From: a virus
Lineage: Duplodnaviria > Caudoviricetes
Direction: 5' to 3' (one strand)
DNA length: 64,000 bases
Virus record (IMG/VR): IMGVR_UViG_3300026035_000002
Coordinates: 1,417 to 65,416 of that record
Shown: positions 1 through 9,511 of the stretch, piece after piece
Position numbering within the stretch: position 1 is the first letter of the stretch
Layout: each line of letters opens with the position of its first letter
Made by a program: the position numbers and the translations under genes
Notes under the pieces: generated by a model
The model's database searches: none
Told to the model about the DNA's origin: nothing
The model's input: only the letters and a program-made list of their open reading frames with translations

Positions 1-1
1 C

Positions 2-3000
2 GGAGCTTCGGCCACTCATGCGCGCTGGCGTTCGTCGTTTGCCCTGGAATCCCGCCTGCCCGCGAGTCAGGCGATCACGATGCTTCGCCGGTCCTGCAAT
101 CTGATCCTGCATTCATCGATTGAATCGGGCTTGAGCTGCTATATCGAGCAGACGCTGGCGGATCAGCAGCCGGACCTGGTGCCCGGCAGCAATTACAACA
201 CCCAAGTCGTCTCCATCCATGCAAACGGCACCGGGGGGATCGGGGTTTTCCCCGTTGGCTATCTGGCCTATCTCTTCGACGAATCGACGATCGACCCAGA
301 TTCCTTCGAATACACCGCAGAGCCGCTGAATAACACGCCCAACGAATTCACGATCGGCTTTCAGGACGAAGACAATCAGTGGCAATCTGATTCACTGAAG
401 CAGACCGACACCGACGCCCTTCCGTCCTCCGGACAGCGTGAACTACCCCTGGCGCTCGAAGTTCTGGGCCCCTGCAATTTCGATGAAGCGGGACGCCTGG
501 CGAACCTGCTACTCAACAAAGCGCAGACCGGCAACACTCGCGGCGACCATACTGGCAGCATCGGCTTCAAGTTCACGACCTCAATGCGGGCCGTGCACCT
601 TGCGACGCGTCCGGGCTACATCTGCGGCATCTCCTGGCAGGCCACCGGCCTCATCGCCCAGCAGTTCCGCGTGCTCTCGGCAAAGCCCGTCGGCACCGAT
701 GGTAGAAAGTGGGAGATTCGCGGCGCCTGGCACAACGATCTCTGGTACGTCGACGGCCTGCAGCAGATTACCGTCCCGATCACCACGCAACCGTTCCGCG
801 GCAGCACAAACGGCCCTCCGATCCCCTGGAAGCCAGATGCGGCGATTCCCGTCACGACAACTACTACTTACTCGGATCTGGTGATCGGGGCTACCAACAC
901 CCACCTGTCCAGCATCGGGCATCCTTTCACTGCTCTCCAGGTAAACACTCCGGTCGTAGTCAGCTCGGGCACCGGCTTCACCCCCGGCACGTACTGGATC
1001 AATTCCATCTCCGGTGGAGAAGCGGTCCTCGATCGGGCGGTAGGAACCGCGACCTCAACCGGGGGTGGCGGCACGGCCGTCATCGGAGATCCCCTCTACA
1101 AGCGATCGAGCACTTTCGCCTTGCAGCAGGGCCTTACCAACTATCAGAACGGCACTCCGCTCAACAGCATCACGGTCTCGGGTATCCGGCCCATCAATTC
1201 CTTGTCTGCGATCAGTGCGCCGCGAGTCCCCATTACGGCCTCGACCAGCACAGCATCGGGGGCTATTCCCCCTGGCGATTACGTCATCCAGATCTGCGGG
1301 ATTGATTCTGACAATCAATATTCTCTCGGCTCCGCGCTCGTCCATGCCACCCTCGCCGGTACAGGCACGATCACCCTTGACGGGATCAGTTTTGATCCGA
1401 GCACTGTTAAGTACGACGTCTTTCTCGGGACTTCCCAATTCCTGCTGAAGTCGGTCACGGGTCAGGCAGGCTCGCCTTCTTCCACCATCACGCTGACGTC
1501 GCTTCCGCTCGACGAAGTCGGGGTGCGCGGCTATGGTCCGCCTGATCCCTCGTTTTACCGGTTCAGGTTGCGCGCCAAGCCGCTGACCGTCAATGGAACT
1601 TTCCGCTCCCTGACCAAGGGGGCTTCGAAGGTCGCAACCATCTCAGGGACGACCATCACGACGGAGGACGGGCTCGGCATCGCCGGCACATTGATGCTAG
1701 TCTCCGGCCACGATCTCACCGTCCCCAGTCCGCTTTTCGACGCTAAGGTCCCACTGGCAACAATCGGCCCGCTCGTAGTGGGGGATTGGGTCCAATGCTT
1801 GCCGCAAGCTACCTCCTGGTCGTCCAATTCCATCGCTTCTACCAGCCTCGGCTCGGTACCCGATCAAACCGGTAACATGATCCGCCTGGTGGGCGGTACT
1901 GGCGCAGGGCAAACCGGAGTCATCACGTCAGGGGCTGGTGGCGCCTATACGATCGACGGCACCTGGACGACTACCCCGGATTCAAGCACAACGTTCTGGA
2001 TCGAAAAACAGCAGTGGAGCTATGACCACGAATGCGATCCCATTTCAGTGTCGACGCTCGATGTCAATCCAGTGGACATCGGGACGATTCCGGTCGACAA
2101 TTTCCTTGGCCAATCCCTCTTAATCGAAGTCCTCGCCGAAGACCAGAACGGCAACTTTGCGCCGGAGTATCTCGCTCCCATCCGGAGCATCTACATCCCG
2201 GGCGCGCAGGGCACCCGCGTTTTCGTCGCGACCCCCACGATACGCACGACGACAATCACTCCCTACGACGGGACGATCGAAGTCGACACAAGTGCATTTT
2301 CGACCCCCGACGAAATTACGCTGACGCTGCCCGCTGCCTCAGGCTTCCCCAACCAGAACCTCACATTTATCAAGATAACCCCCGATAAAACAGCTATTGT
2401 CATCGAGGGCGGCCACGGCCTGCAGGACGCAGACGGCATACCGGTAGACGGGCCCGCGGTTCTCAAACTGCCGTACCAGTCCGTCACTTATCACAGCGAT
2501 GGAAATATCTGGATCGAGACTGCTACCGTCCCTGACCTTAGCCAGTTCGCGACGAAGATCGGCGTACAGCAGGAGAAATATACTTTCGCGGTCGACTCAG
2601 GGCCCTCAGCCAACGTGTATATCTGCATGCAGACCCCGGGGCCTGGGATCGTAAACGGCTCCCAGGTAGTGCTCCAGGTAGCCCATACCAACACGGGCCC
2701 ATCGACTCTCACTCTCGCTCTAGAGGGGGGCGATTTCACAAGAGACGTGAAAAAGGAGTCCGTCAGCGGACTGGTAGCCACCGGCCTGGTCGACCTGTCG
2801 CCGAACGATTGGCAGGAGGGGCAAATCGTGTGGGTGGTCTACGACCACCCGAACGATGTCTGGCAATGGATCGGCGGCGGCTCAGGCGACGGAATCAGCG
2901 GCTCTCCGACGCAACCCTATCATCTGGTCACGTTCCTACCTGGCAAACCCGATGCCGGCCAGATCGTTTTGCAGTGGGAATGCCCAGCGGATCTGCCCGC

Positions 3001-5332
3001 CGGGGTCACTTTCCCCGTCGATTTCAGCTCCACCGGAAGCGGCACAGACGCAGCCGGCTTCCTTGCGGCCAATCCAACTAGCACCGCAACCTACACGCTC
3101 AACAAAGTCCCCGCGGGCAGCCCGGCGGGAACTGCCGGTTCTTCCATGGGATCGGTCAGTATTTCGACGAGCGGCGTTTTCACTTTCGCCTGCACGCTCA
3201 CTACTTTCACTGCGGGCGATATCCTCACTGCCACAGCTCCCGGCACCACAGATGCCACGTTATCGGGCGTCGGCTTCGTACTTCCCGGCTACCGGGCGAG
3301 CACTTACGGCACCGGAACACCGGCCGGCGTCACACCCGCTCAGATCCAGCAGGAAACGTTTATCTACGGACCCGATATTGGCACGGGCCCCAATATCTTG
3401 TCCGGGCTCAACCTGTACGAGATGGTGCAACTCCCGCCGCCGTCCCTCCTCGCCGGCGCTATCGCGGTCATCAAGATCGCGCACACCAACACTGGCGTGA
3501 CCCCCTCATTCAGTGGCGTCTCAACGCTTGTCGTGAGCGGAAGCGCTCCGATTCCGGTGATGAAACAAACCAAGCTCGGACTTGTGGATCTGCAGCCGGG
3601 CGACTGGCAAGCCGGCGACATGGCCGTGGTTCTCTATGACGGCACCGTCTGGCAGTGGATCAGCAACAAATCGCCGCTCATTCTGAAGGGCGATTTATGG
3701 ACCTTCGGCCCGGGCGGAGATGCGCGGCTTCCGGTAGCCACCAATGGCATGGTTCTGACGGCCGACAGCTCGACGGACACAGGTCTGGACTGGAAGATTC
3801 TGCCCATCGCTACGACGGGCAGCTCCGGCGTAGTGATTCCGGACGGCACGACGATCACGGTCCTGATGGACGGCACGATCAGCTCCACCGGCATGCTGAA
3901 CCCGATGACTACGGCGGGGGACATCATCGTCGGCGGGGCTGCCGGCGCTCCTTCCAGGCTTGCGGCGGGCCCATCAGGATACGTACTCACTTCGAACGGG
4001 TCTGGAACGGGCCCGACCTACCAGGCTTCTGGCGGAGGAGGCGGGGGAACCGTTACTAGCGTCGCAATCACGGTCCCGTCCGACCAGACCGTCTCGGGCT
4101 CTCCCGTCACGAGCACAGGCACTCTCGCCATCACCGACAATACTCAGTCGGCGAATACGGTCAAAGCCGGACCTGCTACGGGCAGCCCCGCGACTCCAAC
4201 CTACCGGGCATTGGTTGCGGCAGACATTCCCGCCATCCCTGAATCGGGTGTCACCAACCTCGTAACGGACCTGGCCGCGAAAGTCCCCACTTCCCGCACA
4301 ATCTCCACCACCGCACCCTTGACCGGCGGCGGTGATCTTTCGGCTAACCGGACCTTGGACATCTCGGATTTCGTAGGAGATTCGGGCAGCGGCGGCGTAA
4401 GGGGCACAGTACCCGCTCCTGGCGCTGGAGACGCGGCAGCAGGGAAGTACCTGAAAGCAGACGGGACCTTCGCTGTTCCGCCTGGAACGGGAGCAGGCGC
4501 GGTCACCAGCGTGGCCCTCACCGTTCCCTCATGGCTAACGGTTTCGGGATCCCCTGTCACTAGCACAGGAACGCTTGCTGTTACAGCGACGAGCGGCGAA
4601 CCAGCCAACCAAGTCTTAGCTACCCCCGATGGAACAACCGGGGCAGTCGGATTGCGCGCGCTAGTGGCTAGAGATCTTCCGCCCGTCCCTACGCTCGCCA
4701 AATACACGGCTTCCTGGACTTCGCAGACTTCCGTCACCGTGACGCACAACCTCGGAACTACTTCGGTTTTGGTGCAGGTTTACGATTCGGCCGGCGTTCA
4801 ATCGGCGCCGCAAAGCATCACCATCACGAGCTCGAGTGTTGTCACGCTCGCCTTTGGCGCGGCCTTCACGGGCTCGGTAGTCGTGATTGCGCCTGTCACG
4901 CAGAATCTGTTCCCGACTACTTATACGACTTCCTGGACTTCGCAGACTTCCGTCACCGTTACGCACAATCTCGGAACGCTGAACGTGTTCTGTCAAGTCT
5001 TTGACGGATCGGGTATCGAAGTATTGCCGCAGAGCATTAGCCTGACGAGCACGAGCGCCCTGACCCTGGCATTCGGAGCGGCTTTCACTGGATCGGTAGT
5101 GGTTTTCGCCCAACCAGCCAAGCCGGCACAATCCTATTTCGCAAGCTGGACGTCGCAGACCTCCGTCACCGTTACCCACGGCCTGGGATCAACTGCGGTG
5201 ATCGTGCAGGTTTACGACGCGGGCAGCCCGCCCGTTCGAGTGGCTCCCCAATCCATCACCGCGTCAGATGCCAACACCGTAATACTCGGTTTCGGATCTT
5301 CGTTCAGCGGCACAGTCACAGTTCTCGGTTGA
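2..5332 (+). CDS. Tail tip/host-specificity protein fused to tail-fibre-like modules (5' partial)
   Basis: Frame open from base 2 through ATG 80. N-terminal part resembles phage tail tip proteins (NEFTIGFQDEDNQWQSD, SAKP...WEIRGAWHND). Thr/Ser/Gly-rich fibre modules and internal duplications follow. Confidence 0.8.
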   Translation, partial: GASATHARWRSSFALESRLPASQAITMLRRSCNLILHSSIESGLSCYIEQTLADQQPDLVPGSNYNTQVVSIHANGTGGIGVFPVGYLAYLFDESTIDPDSFEYTAEPLNNTPNEFTIGFQDEDNQWQSDSLKQTDTDALPSSGQRELPLALEVLGPCNFDEAGRLANLLLNKAQTGNTRGDHTGSIGFKFTTSMRAVHLATRPGYICGISWQATGLIAQQFRVLSAKPVGTDGRKWEIRGAWHNDLWYVDGLQQITVPITTQPFRGSTNGPPIPWKPDAAIPVTTTTTYSDLVIGATNTHLSSIGHPFTALQVNTPVVVSSGTGFTPGTYWINSISGGEAVLDRAVGTATSTGGGGTAVIGDPLYKRSSTFALQQGLTNYQNGTPLNSITVSGIRPINSLSAISAPRVPITASTSTASGAIPPGDYVIQICGIDSDNQYSLGSALVHATLAGTGTITLDGISFDPSTVKYDVFLGTSQFLLKSVTGQAGSPSSTITLTSLPLDEVGVRGYGPPDPSFYRFRLRAKPLTVNGTFRSLTKGASKVATISGTTITTEDGLGIAGTLMLVSGHDLTVPSPLFDAKVPLATIGPLVVGDWVQCLPQATSWSSNSIASTSLGSVPDQTGNMIRLVGGTGAGQTGVITSGAGGAYTIDGTWTTTPDSSTTFWIEKQQWSYDHECDPISVSTLDVNPVDIGTIPVDNFLGQSLLIEVLAEDQNGNFAPEYLAPIRSIYIPGAQGTRVFVATPTIRTTTITPYDGTIEVDTSAFSTPDEITLTLPAASGFPNQNLTFIKITPDKTAIVIEGGHGLQDADGIPVDGPAVLKLPYQSVTYHSDGNIWIETATVPDLSQFATKIGVQQEKYTFAVDSGPSANVYICMQTPGPGIVNGSQVVLQVAHTNTGPSTLTLALEGGDFTRDVKKESVSGLVATGLVDLSPNDWQEGQIVWVVYDHPNDVWQWIGGGSGDGISGSPTQPYHLVTFLPGKPDAGQIVLQWECPADLPAGVTFPVDFSSTGSGTDAAGFLAANPTSTATYTLNKVPAGSPAGTAGSSMGSVSISTSGVFTFACTLTTFTAGDILTATAPGTTDATLSGVGFVLPGYRASTYGTGTPAGVTPAQIQQETFIYGPDIGTGPNILSGLNLYEMVQLPPPSLLAGAIAVIKIAHTNTGVTPSFSGVSTLVVSGSAPIPVMKQTKLGLVDLQPGDWQAGDMAVVLYDGTVWQWISNKSPLILKGDLWTFGPGGDARLPVATNGMVLTADSSTDTGLDWKILPIATTGSSGVVIPDGTTITVLMDGTISSTGMLNPMTTAGDIIVGGAAGAPSRLAAGPSGYVLTSNGSGTGPTYQASGGGGGGTVTSVAITVPSDQTVSGSPVTSTGTLAITDNTQSANTVKAGPATGSPATPTYRALVAADIPAIPESGVTNLVTDLAAKVPTSRTISTTAPLTGGGDLSANRTLDISDFVGDSGSGGVRGTVPAPGAGDAAAGKYLKADGTFAVPPGTGAGAVTSVALTVPSWLTVSGSPVTSTGTLAVTATSGEPANQVLATPDGTTGAVGLRALVARDLPPVPTLAKYTASWTSQTSVTVTHNLGTTSVLVQVYDSAGVQSAPQSITITSSSVVTLAFGAAFTGSVVVIAPVTQNLFPTTYTTSWTSQTSVTVTHNLGTLNVFCQVFDGSGIEVLPQSISLTSTSALTLAFGAAFTGSVVVFAQPAKPAQSYFASWTSQTSVTVTHGLGSTAVIVQVYDAGSPPVRVAPQSITASDANTVILGFGSSFSGTVTVLG
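4703..5329 (+). repeat. Three tandem ~70-aa C-terminal repeats (Y..SWTSQTSVTVTHNLG...VQVYD...PQSI......V.L.FG..F.GSVVV)
   Basis: Units start at 4703, 4922 and 5135; 31 bp CTTCCTGGACTTCGCAGACTTCCGTCACCGT identical in units 1 and 2. Confidence 0.95.
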
Positions 5333-5348
5333 GCACCAACAACACGTT

Positions 5349-6077
5349 ATGAAAAAGCTATTCAGTACTGCCCTCTTAGTTGCGTTCGCATTGCCCGTTT
5401 GTTTGTGGGCTCTCCAAGTCATCGGTTATCTGGACCTTCAGCTCATGGCTCCTCCGGGCAGCCCAGCCAGCGGATTTGTGCGGCTGTGGGCCGATAGCGG
5501 ATCGAGCACGGTCAACTGCAAAACCTCGTCCGGGACGACCTGTTATTTCGGCAACAACTCGATCACGGTAGCGGCCGGCACTGCGGCCCTCGGGACCAGC
5601 GCGATCGCGTCTGCCACTTGCGCCACTGTCGTCACCGTCAGCGCCAGTAACGTCGCCGTGGACATTGCCTATACGGATCTGGTGATCGGGTCAGGTTCCA
5701 ACACGAATCAGCTCACCAGCGCCGGGAATGCGTTCTCGTCAGGGCAACTCGGCAGCTCGCTCGTCATCTCGGGCGGAACGGGCTTCACCACTGGAACTTA
5801 CAGGATCATTTCGGTAAACGGTACGACGGCCATCATGGACCGGGCTGTAGGAACTGCGGCCTCGACCAGCGGAACGGGCACACTCGTCGGCGACAACGTA
5901 ATCACAGACTTCAACGTCGACCCCACTAGCACCACAGGATACTCTGCCAGTTCAAGCGGGATGCTGACGATCATCAAATATCCAACCGCAGGGAACGTCA
6001 ATTTCAAGGTCTGCAACAACACGAGCGGCAGCATCACGCCCGGGGCTGTGACGCTCAACTGGAGAGTGACGCGATGA
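5349..6077 (+). CDS. Signal-peptide protein, virion-decoration-like, with inserted 75-aa module
   Basis: MKKLFSTALLVAFALPVCLWA leader; two Cys pairs; module shared with the tail-tip protein. Confidence 0.75.
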   Translation: MKKLFSTALLVAFALPVCLWALQVIGYLDLQLMAPPGSPASGFVRLWADSGSSTVNCKTSSGTTCYFGNNSITVAAGTAALGTSAIASATCATVVTVSASNVAVDIAYTDLVIGSGSNTNQLTSAGNAFSSGQLGSSLVISGGTGFTTGTYRIISVNGTTAIMDRAVGTAASTSGTGTLVGDNVITDFNVDPTSTTGYSASSSGMLTIIKYPTAGNVNFKVCNNTSGSITPGAVTLNWRVTR

Positions 6078-7126
6078 AGCTTGCCTTATTACTGATCTTG
6101 TCCAGCCTCCTTCCTCTTTTTGGGCAGTGTTCACCGACCACGTCCGGGGGCAACACCATCGTGTTTTGCACGGGAACAGTAACCTCCTGGACGGTTCCCG
6201 GCGGAGTAACTTCGCTTTCGAAAGTAGAAGCGATCGGGGGCGGCGGAGGCGGCAATGCGCCTAATGCTCGTTTCGCCGGCGGTGGGGCCGGGGCATATGC
6301 GACTAAGAGTACTATCTCGGTAACGCCTGGCGCTTCTATGACCATCCAAGTCGGAGCAGGCGGCGCGGGTGGCGCATCGGCTGGCTCAAACGGAGCGGAC
6401 GGAACAGATACCACCTTCGATACGACTGTGGTGGTAGCCAAGGCGGGACTCGGTGGCCACGACAATAGCACCACGGGCGGAGCAGGCGGAGCGGCGGCAA
6501 GCTGCACGCCGAGTACGGGAGCATTTTCCGGTGGAGCTGGCGGCGATGATGGCAGTAATAGCCGCGCTGGCGCGGGCGGTGGCGGAGCGGCTGGGTCAGT
6601 GGGTGCTGGAAAAAAGGGCGGAGTCGGTGGCGCTACGAGTGCATTCAATGGCGCGGGCGGCGGCGGTGCGGATGGTGGAAGTTCAACAGTGGGCGGCGCG
6701 TCGAGCAGTTCCGATCCGTCTGGAGCAGGCGGCACTGCAACTGACGGAACAGCCGGAGGCGCCGGAGTAAATTCCACCAACACGGGAACTCCGAACCCCG
6801 GGAACAGTGGATCACACGGCTCCGGCGGCTCTGGCGGTGGAGGCGGAACGGGAGGCGGCGGCGCGCCAGGCGCAGGTGGCGCTGGCGGAAACGGTGTCGA
6901 ATATACCGCGAGTTATGGCTCTGGAGGCGGCGGGGGGGGGGGCGGCGGCGGATCTGCTGCGAACGGCGGTCTCGGCGGAAATGGCGGCACTTACGGAGCA
7001 GGCGGAGGTTCAGGCGGATACCCGAACGGACACGGGGGCAATGGGGCCGGCGGGCTGCTGGTCATCACATTTGTCACTCCAAGCAGCGTATCTTCCCAGG
7101 TTGGCGCGTTCTCAGTCGGACCGTAA
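6074..7126 (+). CDS. Signal-peptide glycine-rich protein
   Basis: MKLALLLILSSLLPLFG leader; WTVPGGV...VEAIGGGGGG...GGGAGAY and GGNGAGGLLVITF boundaries typical of phage Gly-rich domains; ATGA overlap with upstream gene. Confidence 0.8.
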   Translation: MKLALLLILSSLLPLFGQCSPTTSGGNTIVFCTGTVTSWTVPGGVTSLSKVEAIGGGGGGNAPNARFAGGGAGAYATKSTISVTPGASMTIQVGAGGAGGASAGSNGADGTDTTFDTTVVVAKAGLGGHDNSTTGGAGGAAASCTPSTGAFSGGAGGDDGSNSRAGAGGGGAAGSVGAGKKGGVGGATSAFNGAGGGGADGGSSTVGGASSSSDPSGAGGTATDGTAGGAGVNSTNTGTPNPGNSGSHGSGGSGGGGGTGGGGAPGAGGAGGNGVEYTASYGSGGGGGGGGGGSAANGGLGGNGGTYGAGGGSGGYPNGHGGNGAGGLLVITFVTPSSVSSQVGAFSVGP

Positions 7127-7136
7127 AACGAAACAA

Positions 7137-7838
7137 ATGCCACTCCCAACAGGCTCTCTACTTACCGATCTTCACTGGTGGTTTGATGCCAGAGATATTA
7201 CTCCCGTAGCTGACGGCACAACCGTAACAACTTGGGCCGACTCGACAGGCAACGGCCACACTGCGACCCGGAATTCCGGGATCTCGACCGGCAACGCGGT
7301 CTACTATAGCGGCCAGTACAATGGCAACCCGGCTCTGACGTTCACTAATGCCCGGTTCGATATCGCGAGTGTCGGCAGCATCCCTGCAACCGATGAACAC
7401 TCGTTTTTTGCCATATGCCGGCTGTCGAGCACATCAACCGACCAGAACATCATCGGGGACAGTGGGCTCAACTGGCGCTTTGGAGCAACTAACGGGTCAG
7501 TCCGGTACAACTCCGTGTTTAACGGAGGCTTTGGCCCGGGCTCCATTGGCACGGCCGCCATCGATACCACGTGGCATAAGCCGGCCCTGACCTATGATGG
7601 CGTTCACTCAGCAACGGGATTCTATCTCGAGGGTGTGAACGATCCGTCATCCGTAGCTACTGGGGCCCTGAATTATTCGCCGCCTGCATGGCTCTGCGGA
7701 ACGTCCATCGGTGAATTCTTCAACGGCCAGATTCTGCTGATCGGCTATTGGAACCGCATCCTCACCAGCACAGAGTTAAGCGACCTGGCGCCGATTGCAC
7801 CGCCGCATCCGACGCCCCGAATCTTCATCGTCACCTGA
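7137..7838 (+). CDS. LamG/concanavalin-A-like lectin-fold protein
   Basis: WWFDARDI..ADG..VTTWADSTGNGH start and FFNGQILLIGYWNRILTSTE end; ATG 7137 follows the stop of the previous gene. Confidence 0.75.
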   Translation: MPLPTGSLLTDLHWWFDARDITPVADGTTVTTWADSTGNGHTATRNSGISTGNAVYYSGQYNGNPALTFTNARFDIASVGSIPATDEHSFFAICRLSSTSTDQNIIGDSGLNWRFGATNGSVRYNSVFNGGFGPGSIGTAAIDTTWHKPALTYDGVHSATGFYLEGVNDPSSVATGALNYSPPAWLCGTSIGEFFNGQILLIGYWNRILTSTELSDLAPIAPPHPTPRIFIVT

Positions 7839-7894
7839 AACAACGCCATATTTTCCGCAGTTTTTCGTCGTTACCTTAAACCCCGGATTTCTAT

Positions 7895-8449
7895 ATGCTC
7901 ACTCGATACCGCATTGTCGCGGCGGCGCTCTCCCTTTGCGCCTGCCTATGCCTCCCGGCTTCCTCGCAGACGCCACCAACCACCACCGCCTCACAGCTCG
8001 CGAATCTGCAGCTTCCGTCCTATATCGCCGTTGGCGGGGCATATAACCAGTTCGTCGGAGCCAACCTCTGGGGATCGGCCATAATCCCGATTGCATCGAG
8101 CATCGGACTCTACGAATCGACCACGGCGGACATCTTCCCCGTGAAAGCCACAATCAACGGCAAGGCGGGATACATCTTCACCACCAGCCTCCGGCAGGGC
8201 TTCCACAAAGTCATCTACCAGGACCCCAAGAATATGGGGCTGTTCGGGGCTGATGCGGGAGTCGTGCTGCCGAGCGGCGGAACTCCGGGCTTCAGTGTCT
8301 CAGCTGCGGTGACTGCAACCTATGTACGGCACCTTAACGCATCGCTTGCGCTCATGATTCCGGCAAGGGTCGTCTACATTCCAAGCCTCGGCGGCTGGAA
8401 CCCGATCCTCGAGCTGGGAATCGTCTGGAAGCCGGGCGGGGGGAAGTAG
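7895..8449 (+). CDS. Exported protein, possible small outer-membrane beta-barrel
   Basis: Signal peptide; alternating hydrophobic strands (YIAVGGAY, ATYVRHL, ILELGIVW near the C-terminus). Confidence 0.5.
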   Translation: MLTRYRIVAAALSLCACLCLPASSQTPPTTTASQLANLQLPSYIAVGGAYNQFVGANLWGSAIIPIASSIGLYESTTADIFPVKATINGKAGYIFTTSLRQGFHKVIYQDPKNMGLFGADAGVVLPSGGTPGFSVSAAVTATYVRHLNASLALMIPARVVYIPSLGGWNPILELGIVWKPGGGK

Positions 8450-8454
8450 GAATT

Positions 8455-8706
8455 ATGTTCAGAGACCCTAAGACAACCTTCGGCGGCATCGTATGCATCC
8501 TGGCCGTAATCGGCTTGCTGTTCCATAAGATCGACCTCAGTGCCTGTGTAACTATTCTCGGCATCGCTGGGGGCGTGATTGGGTTTGCAAGTAAGGACAG
8601 CGGCGCTGCCCCCACCTATTCCACAACGGTTAAAACCGAATCACTCAGCAACGGCGGAGCGACTGCGGAAGCCGTTCAAACCTCCATAGAAACGAAGACA
8701 ACATGA
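8455..8706 (+). CDS. Putative holin
   Basis: Two hydrophobic helices, charged C-terminal tail, upstream of endolysin. Confidence 0.65.
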   Translation: MFRDPKTTFGGIVCILAVIGLLFHKIDLSACVTILGIAGGVIGFASKDSGAAPTYSTTVKTESLSNGGATAEAVQTSIETKTT

Positions 8707-8984
8707 CCTTTACCCTCACCCCCGCAGAATTCCAGAAACTTGACGCTCAACTCATCTCGTCCCACCAGGTCCTCATCCACGAGAACGCGGAATCCGACTC
8801 CGTCACAACCGGCTCGATCTCCACCATCGACGGTAAGGTGGCGGCCGACTTCACTTTCACGGGTTCAAAAAACTCCCTTGAAGTGAACCTCACCAAGCAC
8901 GACGGGTACCCGGGCTTCATCGCCAACGCCGGTCTCAAGTCGAAGCTGAACGACGCGCTGCGGGCGATTCGCAGCGGGCGGTAA
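8703..8984 (+). CDS. Hypothetical protein in lysis cassette
   Basis: ATGA-coupled between holin and endolysin. Confidence 0.65.
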   Translation: MTFTLTPAEFQKLDAQLISSHQVLIHENAESDSVTTGSISTIDGKVAADFTFTGSKNSLEVNLTKHDGYPGFIANAGLKSKLNDALRAIRSGR

Positions 8985-8991
8985 CTCTTCC

Positions 8992-9426
8992 ATGATTTAT
9001 TCCATTTCCGAAGCCGGGCTTGGGCTTATCAAGCGCTTTGAAGGACTGCGCCTGGCCGCCTACCAGGACCAGGTCGGAGTCTGGACAATCGGTTACGGCT
9101 CGACCCTCGGAGTCCGTCCGGGTATGGTCATCACTCAAGAGCAGGCGGATGCCCGGCTGCAGCTCGATGTCCAGACGGCCGTCTCTTGCGTAAACCGAAA
9201 AGTTGGACCTGCCCTGACGCAGAATCAGTTTGATGCCCTGGTGAGTTTCGTATTCAATCTGGGATGCGGCGCTTTCTCGGGATCGACGCTCTTGCGCCTA
9301 TTGAATGCCGGCGAGACGGCCGCGGCGGCTCAACAGTTCGTTCGCTGGGACCAGGCCGGGGGACACGTCCTCGAAGGCCTGCTCCGTCGCCGTGAAGCAG
9401 AGCGCGACCTATTTCTGAAACTTTAG
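8992..9426 (+). CDS. Endolysin, GH24 (T4-like) lysozyme
   Basis: IKRFEGLRLAAYQDQVGVWTIGYGST (E/D/T triad), QNQFDALVSFVFNLG, GLLRRREAE. Confidence 0.95.
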   Translation: MIYSISEAGLGLIKRFEGLRLAAYQDQVGVWTIGYGSTLGVRPGMVITQEQADARLQLDVQTAVSCVNRKVGPALTQNQFDALVSFVFNLGCGAFSGSTLLRLLNAGETAAAAQQFVRWDQAGGHVLEGLLRRREAERDLFLKL

Positions 9427-9456
9427 TTGCGCTTCTGATTTAGAGGGTGGTATGGT
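9427..9456 (+). promoter_or_regulatory. Sigma70-like promoter firing toward the leftward operon
   Basis: TTGCGC-N18-TATGGT with TG extended -10. Confidence 0.45.
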
Positions 9457-9511
9457 GTTGTTTCCGCTGTTCTGCAGTGATGAAAAGCGGAAACTCCCTT
9501 GTAGGGTAGAT

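Noticed and set aside
4703-5329. DGR target/template pair or CRISPR array
   Set aside because: Repeats are in-frame protein repeats without adenine-specific variation or spacers; no reverse transcriptase or cas gene in the window
1-5332. Invertible tail-fibre cassette for the serine recombinase
   Set aside because: No inverted gix/hix-like sites or opposite-strand fibre ends seen; recombinase is 10 kb away
6807-7136. N-terminal 110 aa of ORF 6807-7838 as part of the LamG protein
   Set aside because: Alternative frame of the Gly-rich gene; better start at 7137 (kept only as slippage hypothesis)
9470-9494. Hammerhead-like GTGATGA...GAAAC
   Set aside because: Core needs CUGAUGA and a stem II; neither is present
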